Part shown: one piece after another, positions 11,147 through 21,596 of the stretch | Position numbering within the stretch: the stretch's first letter is position 1 | Layout: every line of letters starts with the position of its first letter | Assembly: GCA_963765895.1 (NCBI GenBank) | Contig: CAVXZB010000038.1 | Location: 1-64,000 of the forward strand | DNA: 64,000 nt | From: an uncultured Nitrososphaeraceae archaeon | Lineage (GTDB): Archaea; Thermoproteota; Nitrososphaeria; Nitrososphaerales; Nitrososphaeraceae | Direction: 5' to 3' | Program-made: the position numbers and the translations under genes | Notes under the pieces: model-generated | Database searches by the model: none | Told to the model about the DNA's origin: nothing | The model's input: only the letters and a program-made list of their open reading frames with translations

Positions 11147-12428
11147 GTGGAGAAAAAGAAGGCGAAACCAAATAACAAGTATAATAGAATCCAATGGACA
11201 AACAGAGATTTATCCAGAATTAACTAGTGATTATTCTCTTTTTGTTTATGCTATAAGGTCTCCAGTAACAAGGGAGTATTATCTACGTCGTCTCAGAAGT
11301 TTCTTTGACTTCCTTGAACTAGAGGTAGGACGTTCACTCGAAGAGAGATGTAATTACTTTGCCAAACTCGGAGAGAATGAACCTAACTGGGCTTTTTCAA
11401 ATGTCCTTCGATATGTACAATCAGAAAAAAATAGGGTAGAACAAAAACAGATCACCGGTGCCCTTATTCTATCAAGACCATTAAGATGTTCTGTGAAATA
11501 AGCGACTTATCAGTTCCTTGGAAGAAGATTAGTCGTGGGTTACCTAGAGGAAAGAGATACGCAGACGACAGAGCCCAACAATTGAAGAGATAAAAACGAT
11601 TTTAAAATATCCAGATAGGATAATCAAGCCTATTGTACTTACTGTTTCCTCCTGTGGATTCAGATTAGGCACTTGGGATTATTTGAAATGGAGAAATGTT
11701 CATCCGGTTATGAGAGGCAATCAAGTTGTTGCAGCTAAATTAGTGATTTACGGAGGAGACGATGATGAGTGCTTTTCTTTTGTTACTCCAAAAGCGTATC
11801 AGTCTATAAGAGACTGGATGAATTATAGACGCGAATGTGGTGAATTAATTAATGGGGATAACTGGGTAATCCGAAACCTTTGGAACTCGACTAACCCAAA
11901 AGACAAGGGCAGCATTAACCTTCCAAAAAATTTGAAGTCCACGGGGGTCAAACAACTTATGCAGAGCCCTTTTTTGCTCAAGGAGTCCGAGAAAAGCTAG
12001 AAAACGGCAAAAAGCGTCACGAATTTCAGGCAAATCACGCATTCAGAAAGTGGTTCAAAACACGATGCGAAATGGCAGGAATGAAACCCATTAATGTCGA
12101 AGTTGTTATGGGCCACTCGACCGGAATATCAGACTCTTATTATCGGGCAACAGAAAACGATCTTGTGGAAGATTATCTTAAAGCAGTAGATTTTCTCACT
12201 ATTGATGATAGACATGCCACTGCTAAACAATTTTCTGGTCTCGAACAGAAGAAAAATTTTAACCTATCTCAAGCCAATCTAGAGCTACAGGAAAAATCCT
12301 GAGAAATCGATGCATTACATAAAACTGAGTATACTAAGGACGATGCCATTGCAGCCCTGTCAGATAAGTTACAAAATCTCAAGGAAGTCGAGAACCTAAA
12401 GAACCGACTTAGTAGAGCAAGCAACTAA
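11147..12428 (+). pseudogene. Tyrosine recombinase/integrase, multiply frameshifted
   Basis: DYSLFVYAIRSPVTREYYLRRL N-terminus; SSCGFRLG (R), HAFRKWF (HxxR) and MGHSTGISDSYYR (H/Y) lie in different frames. Confidence 0.9.
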
Positions 12429-12558
12429 GAATAATAACACAGTAGCGGAATATATCGGGGACAGGTACCAGATTAAATTTAATATGAAGCTGAGATCTTT
12501 CTTACGGCAGAATGTGATAAGGACAAATATTAAATCTATAGTATTATGCTATAAGTTA

Positions 12559-12601
12559 CAATAATGATTTAACTCGGTTCAATAATTGATTTAACTCAGT
12601 T
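12559..12601. repeat. Tandem 21-22 bp repeat; candidate integrase arm-type sites
   Basis: caataatgatttaactcggtt / caataattgatttaactcagtt; reverse complement AACTGAGTTAAAT resembles the att arm AATTGAGTCAAAT. Confidence 0.55.
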
Positions 12602-12628
12602 ATTAGTATCTAGCATGATATTCGATAA

Positions 12629-12763
12629 ATGGGCGAGATTTACGGGAGTAATGAGGACAAAATCGAGGAATACTTGGCTGATAATCTAGAGTCGAATAGG
12701 GATATAGACATGTCTAGAATAATCAAGCGTGGACGTGGTCGACCGAAGAAAGAAGGGAAATAA
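12629..12763 (+). CDS. 44-aa AT-hook microprotein
   Basis: MGEIYGSNEDKIEEYLADNLESNRDIDMSRIIKRGRGRPKKEGK; canonical KRGRGRPKK AT-hook. Confidence 0.55.
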   Translation: MGEIYGSNEDKIEEYLADNLESNRDIDMSRIIKRGRGRPKKEGK

Positions 12764-12959
12764 CAAGGGAGTCTTCAAAATTTGAATAGTTCATTAATAA
12801 TATAATCTGGAGCTTAATACCTGTCTTAACCATTTGTTAGCAGAAGAATAAATCGATCGCACCGACACTATAGCCAGCTTCGACCAGCTTACAGACAGTG
12901 CAACAACAGTAGGACAGAAGAATATCGCAACTACTACCGGAGAGCTAACCTTGTTGACT

Positions 12960-13100
12960 ATGCTGGCGGTAAAATTGCAATGCGATCGCTGCGATGCGAT
13001 ATGGGACCATAATCGGCCATTGAAGAGGAAAAAGTACGTTTCGTGTTCACGGTGTCATGCAACGCTAAAAGTGATAAAATTAAACAGGGTGCGAAACTAG
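12960..13100 (+). CDS. 46-aa Zn-ribbon microprotein
   Basis: MLAVKLQCDRCDAIWDHNRPLKRKKYVSCSRCHATLKVIKLNRVRN; two CxxC motifs, basic. Confidence 0.6.
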   Translation: MLAVKLQCDRCDAIWDHNRPLKRKKYVSCSRCHATLKVIKLNRVRN

Positions 13101-13167
13101 GTGTACATAGAACATTATAGCTCCGGAATCAAACCAGCATAGTTGTTGAGTAGTAATCCATCTTCAT

Positions 13168-13422
13168 TTAAGACAGAAGATCCAACGTCATCTTCAGATC
13201 TGCTATTTCTTTTTCTATGATTTGTCTATCGTTCTCCTCAGAGGTGTACTTTAACAGCCTTTCACATGCGATTAATTCAGACTCTATAATGTCTTTCTTG
13301 TCTAGACAAAGGCTATGGTAAGAGTCGATAAGTGCGTATGTAATTTTACGTCTATTTATTTGAGCACATCCACATGTTTTTGCAACCATTGTAAGAGGAG
13401 ACTCTGACTCTATGATATTCAT
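13168..13422 (-). CDS. Conserved thaumarchaeal-type hypothetical protein (CGC motif, C-terminal helix)
   Basis: 84-aa intact ORF; decayed paralog at 20803-21059. Confidence 0.75.
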   Translation of the reverse strand: MNIIESESPLTMVAKTCGCAQINRRKITYALIDSYHSLCLDKKDIIESELIACERLLKYTSEENDRQIIEKEIADLKMTLDLLS

Positions 13423-13472
13423 TTAGTTGTGTTTCTCACCTCCCTATTATCCTTATTTTGCGTAATTCCATC

Positions 13473-13770
13473 CTATGAATCAAAAAGAATTCGACTAATA
13501 TCCTGGCTTACGATCACATCAAATCTTTGAATTTCGCCATCGGCGATGGGTATTCTTTCTATTTTACAATTATCACAGGAAGAACATCTAAGGGGTGTAT
13601 CCAACCTGATACAAGAGGCACACCAGTGACAAGAGTCGCATACTAAGAAATAGATTGCTTGTTTGCAGGAATTCTCATAAGTGCTATCATTGTTGTTATG
13701 GTTATACCTATTTCTATCTTGGTCAATTTCTATGCGAGTTTGAAGGATACTTACAATATCGACTGCATCC
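13473..13770 (-). pseudogene. Zn-finger small protein (CDSCxWCASC..CxxC), no canonical start; paralog of 21177..21395
   Basis: Reads IVSILQ...IYFLVCDSCHWCASCIRLDTPLRCSSCDNCKIERIPI; not in the ORF track. Confidence 0.65.
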
Positions 13771-13888
13771 TCCTCAAGAGTGATTGCTCTTTGATAAAGG
13801 ATGCTCTCTCATTTAATTGAGGAAAAAAGATACAACAGGAACACGAACACAGTGTCTTAGCGTCTATCATCTCATACTATAGAATATT

Positions 13889-13963
13889 GTACTATATAAC
13901 TTCTCGAAATTCATTCTACAAGTATGATAATGCATGTTAATAACATGGAATCTAAAAATTTAA
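13889..13963 (-). promoter_or_regulatory. Conserved promoter (TTATATAG TATA-like box) with palindrome CATGTTA-A-TAACATG (13933-13947)
   Basis: Homologous to 21521-21596, upstream of the paralogous module. Confidence 0.55.
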
Positions 13964-15244
13964 TTGTTTATAGCGTAAGTTTAACTTCCTCATCTATTGA
14001 GACGTTGGATCGTTGTGTCACTTTCAGGCATCCTAATCCAAGCCACCCCAGAGATAGATATATTATGACTGAAAATGGTTGATTTATTGATATACAAATC
14101 ATTATTTTATCAATGGCCTTAACCGTACTAGCGTTACTCGCATGACTTCTCATTTGTTGAACTTGATATTATATCGCGAAATAACCAAGAAACGAGAGTA
14201 AGGATAGTAGCACTAGCATCAAATGAAACCTGAAATGATGTCAATGGATTGGATATCAGTTTCTTTGGAGAGAACCTAGCAGATTTGCAATGCTTTGTTG
14301 TAATCAAATGAAAGCTTACCACCTAACTATAATATTGAAGCTAGATTTTGGACATGGTAAATATACAAAATTTTTTGCACATCCCTTTTGACGAAAAGAT
14401 TTCCCTCGATGAGCTTCATATTTTCAAAGATAAATAGGGTACTAAAGCCAAAGGGTTTTGAACTTCTTGTCTGTCAGAAATCATAATAATGACGCAGCAT
14501 ACTACAAGGATGTAGAAGTAGATAAAGTAATCTATGATGCAATTGGCTTTCAAATCAGATTCTTTACCGAAATGGAGATCCGCGGACTGGCAACAGAAGA
14601 GCGCTTCAAGATATTGCAGATAAAATAAGAATCCAAGAACCAGTCACACTTCATATTGTTTCGCTAGAAAACGTGAATAAAACCAATCGACCGACCGACC
14701 GAACATCCGACTCGAGCAGTTATCAATGATACGTAAACCATTTTACAAATTGCAGTAGTGAACATTTGCTGTGATAGATCTTAATTTACAATTAATGCAA
14801 AAGCTATTACTATGGCCTTCCGTCTAATAAAAGCGATAAAAAGTACTCATCGAAGTCCTGCTAATAGGATCTTACACTTAAAGGACTATCTATCTATATA
14901 AGCGGAATCACGCTAACTCTGGAGCATGTTCTAGGTCGAATACTAATCCCATTGCCGGAGTAATTTTCTGGACCATAGCAAATGCTTGTTTCTACTTGGC
15001 CATAGAAAAGATGGAAACATAAGAGCTATGACTATTATAGTATTTTCAAACATTTAAGATCAAAGAAATGCATGTTATAGAGTGAATAATGGACAATACC
15101 ACGGGGCTGAAACGTTAACAATGCTCGATCTTTTGTCTGGGCTGCCAAAGATGTTTATTGATCATGTTATTAAATATAACAACAAGAATGATCCAACTGG
15201 ACTCTAGGATATTTAAGCCGTATCTATACCTGCGCCAAAGTATG

Positions 15245-15294
15245 TATAGTACGGCATAGTACATTATACTACATTATAGTACAGTATAGCAGAA
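15245..15294. repeat. Five degenerate 10-bp tandem units (TATAGTACA-like)
   Basis: tatagtacgg catagtacat tatactacat tatagtacag tatagcagaa. Confidence 0.6.
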
Positions 15295-15366
15295 TATAAT
15301 TTATCTTATCTCTTGTCTTTTTGAATCACAGCATCTATTAAGAACATTGCTATCTCTTTGTGCTGA

Positions 15367-15972
15367 TTGATAGACCGTCAGATAAGATTAGAGCATGTCA
15401 CTTCATTTGCTGATGCCATTTTTGCATTTTCTATAACTTTTATGGCTATCACAATAAATATACCAAACTTAGCACAAAACCTTACCCAGGCACAAGTCAT
15501 TGACAAGTTATCAGAATCATTACCTGAATTTGAGATCTATGTGATTAGCTTCTTTATGATAGGTATTTACTGGATCGCATATCATCAAATCTTTAATCAC
15601 ATTGTAGGTTCTCATCAAATCACAACATGGTTAACTTTAGTATTCTTATTTTTCATAACACTTATCCCACTTGCTACCAACATGCAAATAGGTTATGGCT
15701 CCTATCAGATTGTATTTGTATTATATGCACTAGTTCTAACTATTGCCGGAGCATTGTTAACAATAATCTGGCTGCATGCTACAAAGAACAAATTGATAAA
15801 TCAGAATATGACCCAAATAGAGATACATTGTGTTTTATTAGAGTCTACTCTTTCTCCTGCTGTATTTTTATTATCAATTTTAGTGTCCTTTATTGATTTA
15901 CAAATTGCCTATTATTTTTGGTTGGTAATAATACCTGCGAAGATAGTATTACGCAATAAAAATGAATCTTAA
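15367..15972 (+). CDS. TMEM175-family (DUF1211) K+ channel
   Basis: RLEHVTSFADAIFAFSIT and YVISFFMIGIYWIAYH motifs; about 6 TM helices. Confidence 0.88.
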   Translation: MIDRQIRLEHVTSFADAIFAFSITFMAITINIPNLAQNLTQAQVIDKLSESLPEFEIYVISFFMIGIYWIAYHQIFNHIVGSHQITTWLTLVFLFFITLIPLATNMQIGYGSYQIVFVLYALVLTIAGALLTIIWLHATKNKLINQNMTQIEIHCVLLESTLSPAVFLLSILVSFIDLQIAYYFWLVIIPAKIVLRNKNES

Positions 15973-16668
15973 TTATCCGTTGTATTTGAGTTTAATATTT
16001 GAGCGTATAGAATACGATACTCGATTGCGCTGCGTATTATGTAGTTTGATTATATTACAAAATTATAGTAGTATGAGAAAAACAATACGATATAGTGCAA
16101 TGTGAGCATTATTTTAATATAGAGAGTCTTTTCTTATGGCAATATATGCAGCTGACGATAATAAACCTCATTTCCAGTATTCTTAAGGGTAAAAAAATAC
16201 CAGTCATCGTTTGGTAATAAAAACGATGATAACGTTCTTCTAAATGATAAAGTATAAGCAAGCCAATATTGATAAAGCATCTGCGAGCCATTGACGATTA
16301 ATTTCTTCTGTGTCTCTACAAAAGGATAGTATGTTATTCCTAGGTCTCTATCAGCCATTGGTTTTACTTGATAATGATTTTACATATCATGACTATTATA
16401 GCTTCGTCATTTACTTTTTACGTAAATACTGTGGGAGAGTGTTATTTCATTAATAGACAGTATTACTATAAGCAATTTCGTGCTATTTTTGTGCAATATG
16501 CTGAGCAACAGTTTGTATACTGACAAATTTGCTCTAATAATTATAACCTGATATCCTAAGCGGACCATATGTGTCAATCTTAAGGGATTCCCACTAATAC
16601 CGTTATATACCATTAAATACCTAATGACACTAGTCATTATATAACATGTAGTCGATAGTACAGAGTAC

Positions 16669-17217
16669 ATGTCAAATTCAAAAAAACAAGATCGAAAAGA
16701 TGATAACAATGTTAATACTAATATAACTGAAACTTATTCGCAATTGCAACGCGAGCAGGAACAAGCAATAACCAAAGCATTAGATGAATCTAAGGAGAAC
16801 ATAAAGAAAACAACAAATGAAGCAAGAAGAGAAATCCCACGTTATACCGATGTTGTTTCTGACTATCAAGAAAATACAATTCAAGCGATTAGAGAAGTTG
16901 CTGATGCATTTATAGAATCTCAAAAGGATATAATCGTAAATTCATTTCAACGCTGGTCAAATTGGATGATGTCTCCGCGACAAATAGCAGAAGACTACTC
17001 AAATGGAGTTAGTAATCTAGCGGACAATGCAATATCTGCAACAAGATTAGCAAACAATGCAATCTCTGCGAATCTGCAAACATTTAATACATCTGTTCAG
17101 ACTGCAAAAGAGAGCGCAAAAGAATTTTCCAAGATGAGTGGCAATACCGTAAAAGCATTCCAACAAGTATCAAAATATCCTGATAGGGTATTTGTTCGCA
17201 GTTGGGTCGAAGAATAG
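16669..17217 (+). CDS. Amphipathic all-helical hypothetical protein (Nitrososphaeraceae-type; phasin-like character)
   Basis: 182 aa, Q/N/A/S-rich heptads; ALDESKENIKKTTNEARREIPRYT motif. Confidence 0.7.
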   Translation: MSNSKKQDRKDDNNVNTNITETYSQLQREQEQAITKALDESKENIKKTTNEARREIPRYTDVVSDYQENTIQAIREVADAFIESQKDIIVNSFQRWSNWMMSPRQIAEDYSNGVSNLADNAISATRLANNAISANLQTFNTSVQTAKESAKEFSKMSGNTVKAFQQVSKYPDRVFVRSWVEE

Positions 17218-18173
17218 ATATGCATCAAATCATAGACAACAAACTATATCCGCCTATTTACAAAAGAAGTAGGCAGATCATAATCATAAGGGGAAATATT
17301 TACAACCTTTTTCTTTCTGCGATAATTTTAAAAAGCAAGAAGCATAGCCGATGCATATTAACGTTCTCTTGTTTAGTAAAGATGAGATGAATAATGCGCC
17401 AGGATTGAGCTATTAGAAGTCAACTTGTTGAAATGATATGCGAGAATTCAGGCCATGCTAGGCCAGAATTGTATTTATGTAGACTTTGGACTAGGTCATA
17501 CCTGTTACAACAAACCATTATGTTAATGACTCGGAAGTCATTCCAGAAGTCTTATTTTGTATCTGTAAGTGGAGTTTCAAATTAATTTAATTACAGATAT
17601 GAGCACACTACACCTCACCCACCAGATACCTCTCTATTTAAGTAACGGTATTAAATCAGACTTTGAAGAGAAAATACTAGTAGATAAACAAGACAACACA
17701 AACACAGTTATCAATAATAATTCTAAAGATAGGGCCATATTTTTTTCTTCGATTCACTAGATTAGGTAAGAATTTGAATTAGACAAGTATTGCTATTTTG
17801 GAATCTTATTTATCCTAACTCAACTCAAAAAATCGATAAAAGGTCCATACTCTTCAGTCTATAATGATTAAACAGATTACCTCAATTTTCATTGACAAAC
17901 CTTGATTCTATGAAAATGAATCTGTAAGGAAGGATTGCTATGAAAAACATTCGTGGAGAGTCGTCATAGTAATTTACTGTCAGAGACACTTTCGATAACA
18001 ATATAATATTTTACCTGAATCTTACAAATTTGTTTGCTTGTTTGTTAGTTTGCTGTTTGTATACTCATTACCCTATAATAGCAAGGGATCAGGATTAGGT
18101 AAATGTGTTAGAATGGAAGTTGTACATACTTTAACTATTCCTACAACAATAATGAAGGACTCCTTCTTACCCT

Positions 18174-18800
18174 TCAAAGTACACTTTTTGGCCCACCAAA
18201 AATTTTTGATATAGTCAATATTTTAGCCCATTCTTCTAGTGCCTCTACAATAGCACGTGCATGATGGATACTGTTTCCGACAGCAACAACTCCGTGATTT
18301 TTAATAATAACTGCCTTTAATTTCCCACCACTCTGTCCAAATGTTTCAGAAACCACCTTTGCCAAATCTGTTGATCCAGATGGTTTATTTGCAATTATAA
18401 CAGGATCGCCTACAACTATCTTGGCTTCTATTATGTGTTGGAACTAATCTCTTCCAGATATGGCAATACCAAGCGTATATGGACTATGAGTGTGTACAAT
18501 TGCGTTTACCTCTCTTACCTTTTTGTAGATAGATAAATGCATGTACCATTCTATACTCGGTTTTAGTCTGCCAACTATCCTTCCGGTTTCTAAATGTACT
18601 TTGACCAAATCATCGCCTCGCATACTATATCGGGGGACTCCGGATGGAGTTATCCAGATCCATTTTGTGTTTTCTATTCTAATACTATGGTTGCCTGAGA
18701 TAGGTGATGTAAAACCCCATTTCGTACAAACTTTTAACACAATTTACAAGGTTCATTTTGTCGTTGACAGTTTTATCGACAGAAACCAAGATGACGAAGG
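18174..18800 (-). pseudogene. Class II aldolase/adducin family, frameshifted (near 18713 and 18447)
   Basis: SGNHSIR, ITPSG, KPSIEWYMHLSIY, HTHSPY and NHGVVAVG, split across ORFs. Confidence 0.85.
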
Positions 18801-19422
18801 AACATAACGGGCAAAGATCCTATTAATGATATGGCAGTATTATCAATTGTAATGGTAGGAGGATTTCCAACAAGATCGGTTAGTCCTAGATAACTCAATA
18901 TGATATAATGAATTCACGTCAAATCTCAGCTTCTCTCTCCTTTACCCTTCGGGCTCCTTTCAGCCTTGTTTACGCGATGATCCAAACCCCTTCGCCGTCA
19001 TAATTATGGCACCACAAATTAGGACAAATCCAATATCTGAATTACAAGATCCATTCTCGCATGCGTTGAATCTTCGGCTATATCACGTACATGACTTACG
19101 TCGCCGACAGAGGATTTTTATCGATAATGTATATTTCGTAGTGGGTAACACTATGAGTACAAAAATACCGGTAACACCAACTAAAATTTTAAGCAAAAAT
19201 AGTGCATTTGATATAGAAAAAACGAACAAAAATTGAAGAAAAGGATCGTTACTTCTGGGACGGAGCTTATCTGAGTAATACTCATTAAGGGAGGTTTTGT
19301 AAGCACATAGGGATTACTGACATAAAGTAAGAAATGCAGAAGTACCACATCTTGAAATTTATACTGTTAACCTATATCCATCTACGGCGAAATCTCTTTC
19401 TGGCGTCATCGCTGATTTTGAT

Positions 19423-19809
19423 GTGATACAGGATAGAGAAATTGATATCAAGTTTCATGACAGAACTGACTATGATATCCAGACAGCCAATACTACAACA
19501 GATTACATAGATTTATCAAAGGCAACTATAGACCTTGCGTTCAGATATACAAATGACAATAGCGCATTTGAGTCTGATCTTAAAAGCCTACTAAGTTTAG
19601 AAACCAGAAGTAAAGGACGTAACAGAATATATAGAAAATATGGCGATCTTCCGGCTGGACGCTTTCGCATAATTAAGGTGGGTTACATAGAGCGTGTTGA
19701 TGATGGTAATACAATTTTTGGTAAGGCATTTGAATTTTCTTATCGCACAGTAAACGACCTCAGAGATAGTGGTTATAGGGATGCATCAGAAAGAATTAGG
19801 TACGAATAG
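19423..19809 (+). CDS. Hypothetical protein (possibly 5'-truncated)
   Basis: 128-aa ORF with protein-like composition; no recognised motif. Confidence 0.45.
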   Translation: MIQDREIDIKFHDRTDYDIQTANTTTDYIDLSKATIDLAFRYTNDNSAFESDLKSLLSLETRSKGRNRIYRKYGDLPAGRFRIIKVGYIERVDDGNTIFGKAFEFSYRTVNDLRDSGYRDASERIRYE

Positions 19810-20277
19810 GTATTTACAACGTTAAATAATGAAGCATCAACAGAATTTCGATAAATTCTCAAGTTAGTTGCCATACTGGATTTTTCTTCATGAAAATAAA
19901 GAGTCTCAGTAGGTTAATTGTCAAAAAATGATAATAAGCCTAGTCATATGCTTTGTTTTGAAAAGCTACGTCATTCGACTAAAGACAGTTTTTGTCTGTT
20001 TTTGACTTTCTTAAAGTCAGTTGCTAAATCCAGATAGGACCCTTGTATACCCTCTGTAAAAGTAGCGGAATTCGAAAAATTTGACAACCCATAGTACTAT
20101 CTATAATCTAGATACAATCGACTTCTTATGCTAAATCCGTTGTTTTGTCATCTTGCGACCTCTACCACATCGAGAAATCAGTTGTTACCTTGGCCATCTA
20201 ACTATAAAAATCGCTACAGGCAAGGGGATTATTAACGGATTGAGGTTCTTCTTCATGGCGTAATTGGCATTTTCAAC

Positions 20278-20415
20278 CTATTTTTCTTCAAATTTCCTAC
20301 AATCACATAACTTATTGTCATCGTCATCACTCTCATCATAACTATACCAACATCTTTCACTAGAATAGACCTTTATGTGATGACTACGTTCATGTCCACA
20401 ATTAGCACAAACCAT
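20278..20415 (-). CDS. 45-aa Cys/His Zn-binding microprotein (paralog of 62469..62591)
   Basis: MVCANCGHERSHHIKVYSSERCWYSYDESDDDDNKLCDCRKFEEK. Confidence 0.75.
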   Translation of the reverse strand: MVCANCGHERSHHIKVYSSERCWYSYDESDDDDNKLCDCRKFEEK

Positions 20416-20802
20416 CTCACTTATCACTTTATAATATATTTAAAGGCGTGTTAAATGCTGTGTGATTATTCAAAAATATGGCCGCATCTCGCTACGTTCA
20501 TACCTCAAATCATCAGTATCATTATTTCTGTCTACATAGTGGCACTGTCATTTCGTACTATCTCACTTTCTCTTTACGCTGTCGGAAGAAATTCACTGCG
20601 GCACGATCCACTCCTATGAATAAAAGAGCGAAATTATTTTAATATCGTTCACCTATCGTACTTACTCCTAATTCACTTTGAGAGTTGCCAAATCTATTAG
20701 GTCATCGCGTAGCTTGAAGGATACTATCAATATTCACTTATCTCTTTCCTCGTTAAATGAGTTATTAGTTTGATTAGGTCGATGATAAGATTGGTCTTAA
20801 CT

Positions 20803-21059
20803 CTACCTCGCATCTTCCAAGATAAGATCCAATGTCATATTTGGTTCTGTTATTTCTTTTTGTATGACAGCCTTCAGTTTTTTTGCAGAATATTTAGAAA
20901 CCCTCGCACGCCAATAAGTCAGACCTAATAATGTTATTCCTCTGTAGGAATCCTTGGTAAAGAAGCTATGACTATTATGTTATTTTGTTTACTTCTTTCA
21001 GGCTATTTAGCTTTATTTGCAACCAATGTAAGAAGCACTTCCGATTCAACGATGTTCAT
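20803..21059 (-). pseudogene. Decayed paralog of 13168..13422
   Basis: MNIVESEVLLTLVA...NIIRSDLLACEG...IQKEITEPNMTLDLI, with stops and frameshifts. Confidence 0.75.
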
Positions 21060-21176
21060 TGAGGTCAGTTTGTTATTTTCATTGTTACTATTCTAGATAT
21101 GCAATACTGTCCAGTGAATTATAGAAGAATTCAGTAGTGATCCGTGTGCTAACATCACCTAACTTCGAATTTTGGC

Positions 21177-21395
21177 TTAGCTGATTGGCATACTTTCTAC
21201 TATACAGTTACAAGAAGGACATTTGACAGTGGAGGCATCTCTCTTAATACAAGAAGCACACCAGAAACATGAGTCACATATTAAAAAATGTAACAGTCGT
21301 TTATCTGATGTCTCATTGCCGATAAAATAGTAATTTTTGTCGTTTTTGTTTTCATTCTCTATTTTCTTAATTTGAAGGATACTTACAAAATTCAC
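21177..21395 (-). CDS. Zn-finger small protein (CDSCFWCASC...CPSC), possibly 3'-truncated
   Basis: Cys pattern; paralog at 13473-13770. Confidence 0.7.
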   Translation of the reverse strand: MNFVSILQIKKIENENKNDKNYYFIGNETSDKRLLHFLICDSCFWCASCIKRDASTVKCPSCNCIVESMPIS

Positions 21396-21520
21396 AGTAT
21401 CTCCCTCCAGTCTGACCCTTGTTTAATATAGGAACCGTTGTCATATGAATGTGATAAAAGGAAACCACAGCAATGTAGATACACTGTTTTATAGTTAGCC
21501 ATTTTATTCTATTGAATCCC

Positions 21521-21596
21521 GTACTATATAACTCGTCTAATTTCATTTTATAATATGATAATACATGTTATTAACATTAAATTTAACAATTTAATA
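21521..21596 (-). promoter_or_regulatory. Conserved promoter with palindrome ATGTTA-T-TAACAT (21565-21577)
   Basis: Homologous to 13889-13963. Confidence 0.55.

Noticed and set aside
18925-19000. GC-richer pyrimidine tract as an ncRNA or riboswitch
   Set aside because: No recognisable family motif or convincing extended structure by eye.
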